Below are positions 1 through 7,435 of a stretch of 31,501 bases of DNA, one piece after another. The stretch is from Candidatus Shapirobacteria bacterium CG10_big_fil_rev_8_21_14_0_10_48_15 (GTDB taxonomy: Bacteria > Patescibacteriota > Microgenomatia > PFEM01). Below the pieces are notes generated by a model. The model saw only the letters and a program-made list of their open reading frames with translations. It was not told the origin of the DNA and searched no databases. A program made the position numbers and the translations under genes. The stretch is from the NCBI GenBank assembly GCA_002793635.1, contig PFEM01000036.1, positions 1 to 31,501 on the forward strand, in the 5' to 3' direction. Numbering within the stretch: the stretch's first letter is position 1; the number at the start of each line of letters is the position of its first letter.

Positions 1-2010
1 GTCGGTGGCTTGGGATTGGTGTTCTTGCCCCTAACCTTTCATTTTTTTGGTAACTTTTGGGACAAGGGTTACAGTTTAAGCAAAATTATTGCCTTGCTGG
101 TCATTAGTTATTTCGTCTGGTTGCTGGGCAGTTTAAAAATCCTCCCCTTTACCAGCCAAACGATTTGGTTGATCGTCACCCTGGCGACCGGGTTTAATTT
201 CTGGTTATTTCGCCGCCAAACCAAAACCGTCAAAAAGTTGGTTCACACCCACCAAAGAATTTTTATTTTTGAAGAGGCGCTTTTTTTGGTGGCCCTGCTT
301 TTTTGGGCCTGGATACGCGGCTTCCAACCCAATATTCAGGGCCTGGAAAAATTCATGGACTACGGCTTTGTCAACTCCATTTTACGGGCGCGTTGGTTTC
401 CGCCGGCGGACATGTGGCTGGCCGGCAAAAGTATCAATTATTATTACTTCGGCCACCTAGCAACCGCGGTTTTGACTAAGTTATCCGGTCTTGACTCGGC
501 CATTACCTACAATCTGATGATGGCTCTGTTGTTTGCCTTCACCATGACCGCCAGTTTTACTTTTGGCAGTAACCTTTTTGCCGTCTTGAAAAAAAATGAC
601 AAGAAAACAAAAAAGATTGCTTTTGCCGGTTTGGCGACGGCTTTGTTGGTCAGCCTAGGCGGCAATTTGCACCCGCTTTATTGGTGGCTGACCAACCATA
701 ATTTTTCGGCTTACTGGTACCCGGACGCCACCCGGTTTATTGTTGAAAAGTTCGGGGCCGCGGACAACACGATTCATGAATTCCCGCTTTACAGTTTTGT
801 GGTGGCTGACCTGCACGGCCATCTTCTCAACCTGCCTTTCGTCTTACTCTTTTTAAGCCTGGTATTAAGTTTTTTCTTTACTCGGTCGCCCAGGGCGACT
901 CGATTAACTCGATTAACTTGGTCAACTCGATATCTTGGTATCTCGTTGCTCCTCGCCGTTTTCTTTATGACCAACACCTGGGACTTCCCCATTTACTTTT
1001 TGATTTTTGGCCTCGCTACCCTTTATCTCAATTTCACCCGTTATCGCCGGCCAACTCAAGCTTTGGGCAGCAGCGCCCTAACTGGCTTGATCTGTTTGGG
1101 GTTGGCCCTGCTTTTTTCTCTACCCTACCATCTTCATTTTGAAAACATCACCCAAGGAGTGGCCTTGACAGATTTTCACTCGCCTGTCTGGATGCTGCCG
1201 GTTTTGTGGGGTTGGCCACTCATGTTGACTTTGACTTTTATCGGCTTTTCTTTCTGGAAAAAAAACCAATGGCAAAACACTGATAACGTGGTTCTCATTA
1301 TGGTAGGCGTCAGTTGGCTGTTAATCCTGATCCCCGAGTTTATCTATGTCAAAGACATCTATATCCACTCTCACCAGCGGGCCAATACCATGTTTAAGCT
1401 CACTTACCAAGCCTTCGTGATGTTCGGCCTGACCGCCCCCTACATTATCCTTAGAGTCATTTCAAATCTTAAAAACAAACTTATTAAGGCTTTGCTTATC
1501 ACTGCTTGCCTATCGCTTATCGCCTTTATTGCCATTTATCCCCGCTTTGCCATCCGTTCTTATTACGGTCTCAAAAATTACCAAGGCCTCTACGGCCTCA
1601 CTTATTTACAAACCAGCTACCCAGATGACTACCAGGCGATTTTGTGGTTTAGGGAAAATATTAGTGGTCAGCCGGTCATTGTTGAGGCCGTCGGCGAAAG
1701 CTACACTGACTTTGCCCGCGTCAGCGCCAATACCGGTTTACCGACCATTTTGGGCTGGCGGGTCCACGAGTGGTTGTGGCGCGGCTCCTTCGATGAAGCC
1801 GGTAAACGCACCGATATTGTCCAGCAAATTTACGAAGCCGCCGATCCGCAGCAAACGAAGCAATTGCTACGGCAATACCAAGCAAAATATATTTTTATCG
1901 GCGCTTTGGAAAGACAACAATACGTTAACCTTAATGAAGAAAAGTTCCGTCAGTTAGGCGAAGTGGTTTTTGCTTCCGGAGAAACCAAAATTTACCAGCT
2001 GGTTAATTAG
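1..2010 (+). CDS. DUF2298-family multi-pass membrane protein (putative GT-C glycosyltransferase), 5' end probably outside the window
   Basis: Frame is open from base 1. Motifs EKFMDYGF, PPADMWLAG-SINYYYFGH, IHEFPLYSFVVADLHGH, NTWDFP, NTMFKLTYQ and TGLPTILGW match DUF2298 proteins as I recall them; many TM segments. Confidence 0.85.
   Translation, partial: VGGLGLVFLPLTFHFFGNFWDKGYSLSKIIALLVISYFVWLLGSLKILPFTSQTIWLIVTLATGFNFWLFRRQTKTVKKLVHTHQRIFIFEEALFLVALLFWAWIRGFQPNIQGLEKFMDYGFVNSILRARWFPPADMWLAGKSINYYYFGHLATAVLTKLSGLDSAITYNLMMALLFAFTMTASFTFGSNLFAVLKKNDKKTKKIAFAGLATALLVSLGGNLHPLYWWLTNHNFSAYWYPDATRFIVEKFGAADNTIHEFPLYSFVVADLHGHLLNLPFVLLFLSLVLSFFFTRSPRATRLTRLTWSTRYLGISLLLAVFFMTNTWDFPIYFLIFGLATLYLNFTRYRRPTQALGSSALTGLICLGLALLFSLPYHLHFENITQGVALTDFHSPVWMLPVLWGWPLMLTLTFIGFSFWKKNQWQNTDNVVLIMVGVSWLLILIPEFIYVKDIYIHSHQRANTMFKLTYQAFVMFGLTAPYIILRVISNLKNKLIKALLITACLSLIAFIAIYPRFAIRSYYGLKNYQGLYGLTYLQTSYPDDYQAILWFRENISGQPVIVEAVGESYTDFARVSANTGLPTILGWRVHEWLWRGSFDEAGKRTDIVQQIYEAADPQQTKQLLRQYQAKYIFIGALERQQYVNLNEEKFRQLGEVVFASGETKIYQLVN
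880..945 (+). repeat. Composite in-frame repeat: 15-bp palindrome, 9-bp-unit array and 8-bp units
   Basis: ACTCGGTCG CCCAGGGCG ACTCGATTA ACTCGATTA ACTTGGTCA ACTCGATAT, then CTTGGTATCTCG; palindrome GTCGCCC-A-GGGCGAC at 885-899; encodes TRSPRATRLTRLTWSTRYLGIS. Confidence 0.85.
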
Positions 2011-3004
2011 TCAGCCGCTTGACCACCATGCGGTGGATTTCCGACCAGTCGGTGCGGGGCATCAACACCCATTGGAAATCATATTGAGTCGAAGCGGGCG
2101 GGTTAACCAAAAGGTCTTCCAAACCAGCCGTTTTAATATTGGCCGTTTTAAACTGGAGCGCCAATTGGGCCAAACCAAAATACGCTGACGGTGGGACATC
2201 AGTCTTAATACTTTGGTTAAAAACTTCATACAGTAATCGTAGTCGCTTCCCGTCGCGCAATGTTTCCCAAGATAGCAGCTTTTTTCGAATTGCCGTGATA
2301 ATTTGTTGCTGGCGACGGGAACGGGCAAAATCCGTACCCTCTTCTCCTTCAGCAAAACGGCTGCGAACGTATTTTAGGGCGCGTTCACCGTCCATTAATT
2401 GCAACCCTTTTTCAAAGTGAAGATGTTCATAGCGGCACTGATAGTTGCTATCACCACTGCATTCATCATTTTCCTTACCCGGAATCGGGTAGCGGTAGTC
2501 GTCAAACGCCCGTTCGACGTCTACCGGCACGCCGCCAAGCGTGTCGATCACTTGACGAAAACCACCGAAATCAAGCAGCACCGCGTAATGAATCGGCTGG
2601 CCCAAAATTTCCCCCACCACCTTTTTTGACTCTGCCAGACCGCTACCAGGCTGATTTTTCTCTGCATAATGATAGACTGTGTTAAGCTTGGCTCTCATCG
2701 CTGCAATCCAGATATCCCGCGGCAAAGAAAGCAACCATGATTCGCCGCTGGATTGATCAAGCGAAAAGAAAATCAGCGTATCCGTCAAATCTTGGCCACT
2801 ATACGCTTCGCCAGGGACCCCCAGAAGTAAAAAGTTGGTCCGGCCAGCCGTACTGGCGACCGATTGCTTGGCCCCCAAAACCAGCCGCTGCAAGCGGCTA
2901 CCAAGCGCATAAAAAAGCGCTGTCAAACCCACAAAAACCAAAACCACAATCAAAATTTGACTAATTTTTGGGACAAATCCCTCTTTAGAGTATCTTGGCA
3001 TCAT
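2003..3004 (-). CDS. LCP (LytR-CpsA-Psr) family glycopolymer-peptidoglycan transferase
   Basis: N-terminal TM; NFLLLG, LTDTLI, SLPRD, GERALKYVRSR, DFARSRRQQ motifs; SD-like AGGAG upstream on the minus strand (3013-3017). Confidence 0.92.
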   Translation of the reverse strand: MMPRYSKEGFVPKISQILIVVLVFVGLTALFYALGSRLQRLVLGAKQSVASTAGRTNFLLLGVPGEAYSGQDLTDTLIFFSLDQSSGESWLLSLPRDIWIAAMRAKLNTVYHYAEKNQPGSGLAESKKVVGEILGQPIHYAVLLDFGGFRQVIDTLGGVPVDVERAFDDYRYPIPGKENDECSGDSNYQCRYEHLHFEKGLQLMDGERALKYVRSRFAEGEEGTDFARSRRQQQIITAIRKKLLSWETLRDGKRLRLLYEVFNQSIKTDVPPSAYFGLAQLALQFKTANIKTAGLEDLLVNPPASTQYDFQWVLMPRTDWSEIHRMVVKRLTN

Positions 3005-3012
3005 GTTAGAAT
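3004..3012 (+). promoter_or_regulatory. Extended -10 promoter (TGtTAGAAT) 6 nt before the pcrA ATG, overlapping the LCP start codon
   Basis: TG at 3004-3005, TAGAAT at 3007-3012, ATG at 3019, no SD. Confidence 0.6.
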
Positions 3013-3018
3013 GCTCCT

Positions 3019-4869
3019 ATGCTTGGACGCTCCTCTATTTTAGCTCACCTTAACCCCCCTCAACAAGCGGCGGTCACCTATGGCGAAGGACCGTTGCTGA
3101 TTTTGGCTGGTCCAGGATCAGGCAAAACCCGCGCGCTCACTCACCGGGCTGCTTATTTGATCAAAGAAAAACAAGTGCCTCCCGAAAATATTTTGCTACT
3201 GACTTTCACCAACAAAGCCGCTGACGAAATGAAGATTCGTTTGCAAAAATTGCTCGTCCCCTCGGTCAACTCGGTCAACTCGGTCAACTCCGCCTCCCTC
3301 CCGTTTGCCGGGACTTTCCATTCTTTTTGCGCTCGGGTCTTGCGACGCTACGGCCAAGCGATCGGGATTCCCCCCGGCTTTACCATCTACGACACCAGCG
3401 ACCAAAAGGAAGCGATCAAGCAGACCTTAAGGAAGCTTAATTTCTCGGAAAAGAAGTTGGCGCCGACGGCGGTTCTCAAAACGATTTCTCAAGCCAAAAA
3501 CGAAATGATTACCGCTACCGAATATCCTCAATATGCCCGTGGCCCTTGGCAACGGGACGTCGCCGAGATTTATCTGGCCTACGAAAAAATGCTCCGGCAA
3601 TATCAAGCCTTAGATTTCGATGATTTACTGCTAAAAACCGTTCAACTTTTTCGCAGCCACCCGGAAGTTTTAGCCAACTATCAAAACCAGTTCCAATATA
3701 TTCTGATTGATGAATATCAGGATACCAATCAGGCTCAATATCTGTTGACTCGCCAACTGGTCGGCAAGTGGCGCAATTTGTGCGCGGTCGGTGACGCCTC
3801 GCAAGCCATTTATGGCTTTCGTGGGGCCAACTACCGCAATCTTTTAACCCTGCAGCAAGATTTTGTTGATCTTAAGACCATCAACTTGGAGCAAAACTAC
3901 CGCTCTACCCAAACGATTTTGAGCGCCGCCAACGCGATGATCAAAAAAAATGCCAGTCATCCGGTGTTAAACCTGTGGACGCAAAATGGCGCCGGCGACC
4001 CGGTCGCCTTATACGAAGCTCGTTCTGAAATCGATGAAGCCGACTTTATTGTCAATACGGTCGCGACCCAAACTTTGCGCCAGCCGTCGTTTTCCCCGGC
4101 TGATTTTGCCATCCTCTACCGTACCAACGCCCAGTCAAGGACCCTGGAAGAAGCCTTTCTGCACGCCGGGTTGCCTTACCGGCTGGTCGGCGGCACCCGC
4201 TTTTATGACCGCAAAGAGATCAAAGATTGCCTGGCTTATTTAAAATACTGGACTAATCCGCAAGACAAGGTTGCTTTCAAAAGAATTGAACAAATCGGTA
4301 AGCGCCGGGCAGAAAAATTTCTTAAATTTAAGGAAAAACAAGCTCCATCCCTATCAACGCTCAAATTATTGGACAAAATTTTGCAAACAACCGCTTATTT
4401 GGAGCTGTTTGATTCCCAAAGCGAAACCGATCTGGCCAAGCTGGAAAACATCAAAGAGTTGCGCTCGGTTGCCACCCAGCACCCTGACTTAACCAATTTT
4501 TTGGAAAACGTCGCTTTGGTGGAACAAGAAAACGGAGTTGACCAAGTTAATCAAGCTGACCAAGTTAATCAAGGGGTAACGCTGATGACCGCTCATGCCG
4601 CCAAAGGGACCGAATTTCCGATCGTGTTTGTGGTTGGCTTGGAAGAGGGTCTTTTCCCTCATTCCCGCAGTTTGCTGGAAAAAGACAAAATTGAAGAAGA
4701 AAGACGACTGTTTTATGTGGCCATGACGCGGGCCAAAAGCCGACTGTTTCTTTCGTACGCCCGCCGCCGGCTTTACTTTGGCCAACGTACCAGCAACCCT
4801 CTCTCCCGCTTTGTCAACGACATTCCCACTGACTTGCTCGAGTTTATCAACGAAAGTTTGCTAGAATAA
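3019..4869 (+). CDS. pcrA: UvrD/PcrA superfamily 1A DNA helicase (short 2B region, no C-terminal domain)
   Basis: AGPGSGKT (Walker A), TFTNKAA, GTFHSF, IDEYQDTN, VGDASQAIYGFRGA, LEQNYRS, YRTNAQSR, TAHAAKGTEF, EERRLFYVAMTRA. Confidence 0.95.
   Translation: MLGRSSILAHLNPPQQAAVTYGEGPLLILAGPGSGKTRALTHRAAYLIKEKQVPPENILLLTFTNKAADEMKIRLQKLLVPSVNSVNSVNSASLPFAGTFHSFCARVLRRYGQAIGIPPGFTIYDTSDQKEAIKQTLRKLNFSEKKLAPTAVLKTISQAKNEMITATEYPQYARGPWQRDVAEIYLAYEKMLRQYQALDFDDLLLKTVQLFRSHPEVLANYQNQFQYILIDEYQDTNQAQYLLTRQLVGKWRNLCAVGDASQAIYGFRGANYRNLLTLQQDFVDLKTINLEQNYRSTQTILSAANAMIKKNASHPVLNLWTQNGAGDPVALYEARSEIDEADFIVNTVATQTLRQPSFSPADFAILYRTNAQSRTLEEAFLHAGLPYRLVGGTRFYDRKEIKDCLAYLKYWTNPQDKVAFKRIEQIGKRRAEKFLKFKEKQAPSLSTLKLLDKILQTTAYLELFDSQSETDLAKLENIKELRSVATQHPDLTNFLENVALVEQENGVDQVNQADQVNQGVTLMTAHAAKGTEFPIVFVVGLEEGLFPHSRSLLEKDKIEEERRLFYVAMTRAKSRLFLSYARRRLYFGQRTSNPLSRFVNDIPTDLLEFINESLLE
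3258..3292 (+). repeat. 9-bp-unit element, copy in pcrA
   Basis: CCCCTCG GTCAACTCG GTCAACTCG GTCAACTCC G; encodes PSVNSVNSVNSA. Confidence 0.92.
4533..4576 (-). repeat. 9-bp-unit element, inverted copy in pcrA
   Basis: Minus strand reads CCCCTTG ATTAACTTG GTCAGCTTG ATTAACTTG GTCAACTCC G; the plus strand encodes GVDQVNQADQVNQG. Confidence 0.9.
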
Positions 4870-4873
4870 GAGG

Positions 4874-5809
4874 GTGGCTCAACATCCTTTACAGTCTCAA
4901 GAGTGGGCTGAATTTCGGACCAAAACCGGTGTCAAAGTCGTGCGGCTAAAAAATTTTCAGGTTTTTTTTCACTCCATGCCTAAACTGCCTTATACGGTCG
5001 GCTATTTACCCAAATCAGCCTTGCCCACCCAAAAGGAGTTTGACGAGCTTCTCAAGATTGGCCAGCAGCAAAAGGCAATTTTTATTAAAGTCGAGCCTAA
5101 CTTAAATTTTCCGGCCGGGCGGGTAAACCAACAAGTTAGACAATTTTTACTGCAGTCTTGCCGACCGGGCGAAGACCACTTTCACCGTTACACTTTCCAG
5201 CTGGATTTGACCAAACCTGAAGAGGCCCTGTTAGCGGCTATGAAACCCAAAACCCGTTACAATATTCGCTTAGCCGAGCGCCGTGGCGTCAAGGTCATCC
5301 CCGATAAATCAGCCCAAGCGTTTGCCACTTATTTGCAGTTAATGTGGGCCACGACACAGCGCCAGGGTTTTTACAGCCACACCCGACAGTACCACCGCTT
5401 GCTTTGGGAGACTTTTAAAGACACGGATATTTATCAGCTTTTTTTGGCCAAATACAAAAATAAGGTCTTGGCCGCCTACGTTTTTTTCGTCTACGACCAA
5501 GTGCTTTATTATCCTTACGGCGCCTCCAGCCGTGAACACCGCGAAGTGATGGCGCCGCACGCGCTTTTTTGGGAAGCAATCAAGTTTGGCAAACAAAAAA
5601 ATTGCCGGCTTTTTGACATGTGGGGCAGCCTCGGCCCGGAGGCTGACCCCCAGGACCCCTGGTTTGGGTTTCACCGCTTCAAAGCCGGCTTCGGCGGCCA
5701 GCTGCGGGAATCCATCGGCGCTTATGATCTGGTGATCAACCCTTGGCTTTATCGGGTTTACCAAATCGCCAACAAATTGCGCTGGGTGATTTTGAAATTG
5801 AAAAAGTGA
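4874..5809 (+). CDS. FemABX-family peptidoglycan bridge aminoacyltransferase (lipid II)
   Basis: HPLQSQEWAEFR, IFIKVEP, DLTKPEEALLAAMKPKTRYNIRLAERRGV, YYPYGAS, WEAIKFGK, FDMWG, FHRFKAGFGG. GTG start. Confidence 0.9.
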   Translation: MAQHPLQSQEWAEFRTKTGVKVVRLKNFQVFFHSMPKLPYTVGYLPKSALPTQKEFDELLKIGQQQKAIFIKVEPNLNFPAGRVNQQVRQFLLQSCRPGEDHFHRYTFQLDLTKPEEALLAAMKPKTRYNIRLAERRGVKVIPDKSAQAFATYLQLMWATTQRQGFYSHTRQYHRLLWETFKDTDIYQLFLAKYKNKVLAAYVFFVYDQVLYYPYGASSREHREVMAPHALFWEAIKFGKQKNCRLFDMWGSLGPEADPQDPWFGFHRFKAGFGGQLRESIGAYDLVINPWLYRVYQIANKLRWVILKLKK

Positions 5810-6729
5810 CTGATCTTCGCCAAACATCCCAATATGCCCACTATCTTCGGTTGCAAGGCTGGCAAGTAAACAAAATCAATGGCGCTTATATTTTTATTCG
5901 CAAACTATTTGGCATTTCTATTGTTAAAATCCAGCGCGCCCCAATCACCCCTGAGGCGTGCGCAGCATTCCCGAGGGGTGTTGGGATAATCTACCTCGAG
6001 CCCCTAAACAAAAAACAAATTCCTCCCGGCTTTAAACTCAAAAAGACAACATTCTTACCCAGCAAAACTTTGGAAATTAATTTAAAGCAATCAGAAGAAA
6101 AAATTTTGCAACAAATGAAAAAAGACGCCCGCTATGCCATCCGCCAAGCACAAACGTCTGGCATCTCGGTATATCACAATATCGGGATATCGGGATATCG
6201 TCGCGCTTGGCGCCAGTCTACCCCCTGGCGACGCTGGGTACCCAGTCTCAAAAGCCTGCAAAATCTTCATGCTACCTTTGGCAAAAATGCCTGGTTTTTA
6301 GCGGCCGTGGTTCATCACCAAATTATCGCGGGAACAGTCATTCTCATCGCCGCTCGCCGGGCCTACTATTATTATGCTTTTACCGGTCGCCTGGGACGAC
6401 AGCTTTTGGCCCAGTATTTGCTGGTTTGGGAGGCAATCAAGCAAGCCAAAAAAATTGGTTGCCAAGAACTTGATTTTGAAGGGCTTTATGACCAACGCTT
6501 TCCGGACCAGTCTTGGCGCGGTTTTAGCCATTTTAAGCAGTCCTTCGGTGGCCGGGAAATCGAATATCCCGGGTGTTTTGGAAAATTAGTGCGTTCGGAG
6601 CAAACTTTTGATAAATTTTTTCGCCTCACTGCTTTCTTCAAAAACACGGCTTTTTTCTTCAGGCGTTACACTGGCAACCAAATCCTTACCTGCAAAAAAT
6701 TGATCATGGGCTTTTTGATAAAAATCTGA
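5806..6729 (+). CDS. Second FemABX/GNAT-family protein; probable GTG start at 5806; last 48 codons antisense to the next gene
   Basis: GTGA overlap with the upstream stop. DLRQTSQYA, KTLEINLKQSEEKILQQMKKDARYAIRQA, YLLVWEAIKQAKKIGCQELDFEG, HFKQSFGG. Confidence 0.8.
   Translation: MTDLRQTSQYAHYLRLQGWQVNKINGAYIFIRKLFGISIVKIQRAPITPEACAAFPRGVGIIYLEPLNKKQIPPGFKLKKTTFLPSKTLEINLKQSEEKILQQMKKDARYAIRQAQTSGISVYHNIGISGYRRAWRQSTPWRRWVPSLKSLQNLHATFGKNAWFLAAVVHHQIIAGTVILIAARRAYYYYAFTGRLGRQLLAQYLLVWEAIKQAKKIGCQELDFEGLYDQRFPDQSWRGFSHFKQSFGGREIEYPGCFGKLVRSEQTFDKFFRLTAFFKNTAFFFRRYTGNQILTCKKLIMGFLIKI
5946..5980. repeat. GC-rich palindromic (REP-like) segment within the femAB-like gene
   Basis: CACCCCT (5946-5952) pairs with AGGGGTG (5974-5980); encodes ITPEACAAFPRGV. 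Confidence 0.5.
6160..6199 (+). repeat. Degenerate 8-bp tandem repeat within the femAB-like gene
   Basis: GGCATCTC GGTATATC ACAATATC GGGATATC GGGATATC. Confidence 0.75.
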
Positions 6730-6816
6730 TTGACGCCAACGGATAAGCAGTTCTTTGGGGTTGTCGATCCTTAACTTATCCGACTCTTGGGGAGCATTTT
6801 CTTCCGATGCAGACAT
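6586..6816 (-). CDS. 76-aa charged hypothetical protein, probably leaderless
   Basis: ATG lies 5 nt after an extended -10 (TGaTATAAT, 6822-6830) with TTGCAA at 6846-6851; helical, charged composition. Confidence 0.6.
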   Translation of the reverse strand: MSASEENAPQESDKLRIDNPKELLIRWRQSDFYQKAHDQFFAGKDLVASVTPEEKSRVFEESSEAKKFIKSLLRTH

Positions 6817-6821
6817 AAGGC

Positions 6822-6851
6822 ATTATATCAAAAAACAATTTTCGCTTGCAA
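6822..6851 (-). promoter_or_regulatory. Sigma70-type promoter of the 76-aa ORF
   Basis: TTGCAA-N18-TATAAT with an extended TG. Confidence 0.6.
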
Positions 6852-6868
6852 TCTTGCTTTTTTTACCA

Positions 6869-6932
6869 AGAAAAAAGGCAAGACACAAAGCCCAACATCA
6901 GCCATCGCTGATATCAAGACCGGTCTTGCCTT
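6869..6932 (-). terminator. Long hairpin plus U-tract after the lipoprotein gene
   Basis: AAGGCAAGAC/GTCTTGCCTT 10-bp stem (6875-6884/6923-6932), inner ATCAGC/GCTGAT stem, T-run on the minus strand. Confidence 0.6.
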
Positions 6933-6953
6933 AGTGGCGCTCCGAACAACGGG

Positions 6954-7364
6954 TTAAAGGGGAGTCACCGTGGTTGCTGGAGCCGCTGTTGGCGACGGTG
7001 GAAGCGACTGGTTAGGCAATTGCCACCAAGCCAAATGAACCGTAACATCACCGTTAGCCGCCTTTATTACTTCTCCCTCTGCTCGGGCGTTGCTCCTAGC
7101 AAAACCCCTGTTTTTGATCAGCGTAATCTCGGTAGTGAAGGTCACTACAAAGTTCCCGCGATCAAGCAGAAAAGAGTGGGTCACCCCGTCCTGGGTAACC
7201 ACGGCTAATTCCGCACCCAAAGGGATCTCGCCCTCCTGAACCACCTGCAAAAGGAAAAGCCTGGGACACGCCTTCTCAACGATTCGCGTTACCTCGACGA
7301 CTTTTGGCTGGCAACCAGCCAACCAAACGGCGAGCAGCGCCACTGCGAACAACCAACGCTTCAC
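6954..7364 (-). CDS. Predicted lipoprotein, unknown function
   Basis: GTG start with SD GGAGG 8 nt upstream; signal peptide MKRWLFAVALLAVWLAG-C (lipobox LAGC); VVEVTRIVEK; Pro/Thr/Ala-rich C-terminus. Confidence 0.8.
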   Translation of the reverse strand: MKRWLFAVALLAVWLAGCQPKVVEVTRIVEKACPRLFLLQVVQEGEIPLGAELAVVTQDGVTHSFLLDRGNFVVTFTTEITLIKNRGFARSNARAEGEVIKAANGDVTVHLAWWQLPNQSLPPSPTAAPATTVTPL

Positions 7365-7405
7365 TGCAGTCTCCTCCCCGTCAAATTAACGAGCCACTAA
7401 ACCCT

Positions 7406-7433
7406 ATAATATCAAAACTGCTCCAGAAGTCAA
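7406..7433 (-). promoter_or_regulatory. Candidate promoter of the lipoprotein gene
   Basis: TTGACT-N16-TATTAT with TG extension, immediately after the helicase-nuclease stop. Confidence 0.45.
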
Positions 7434-7435
7434 CT

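Noticed and set aside
5107-5124. CCGGCCGG-centred segment in femAB (FPAGRV), possibly a degenerate REP
   Set aside because: Only an 8-bp dyad; too short to distinguish from chance.
6890-6960. Integron attC site after the lipoprotein gene (minus strand ...TTTAAC CCGTTGTTCGGAG ... GTTGGGC)
   Set aside because: TAAC and GTTRRRY are present, but the predicted L'' (GTTCGGAG) and L' (GCGATGG) boxes do not pair, and the other two modules lack TAAC/GTT ends.
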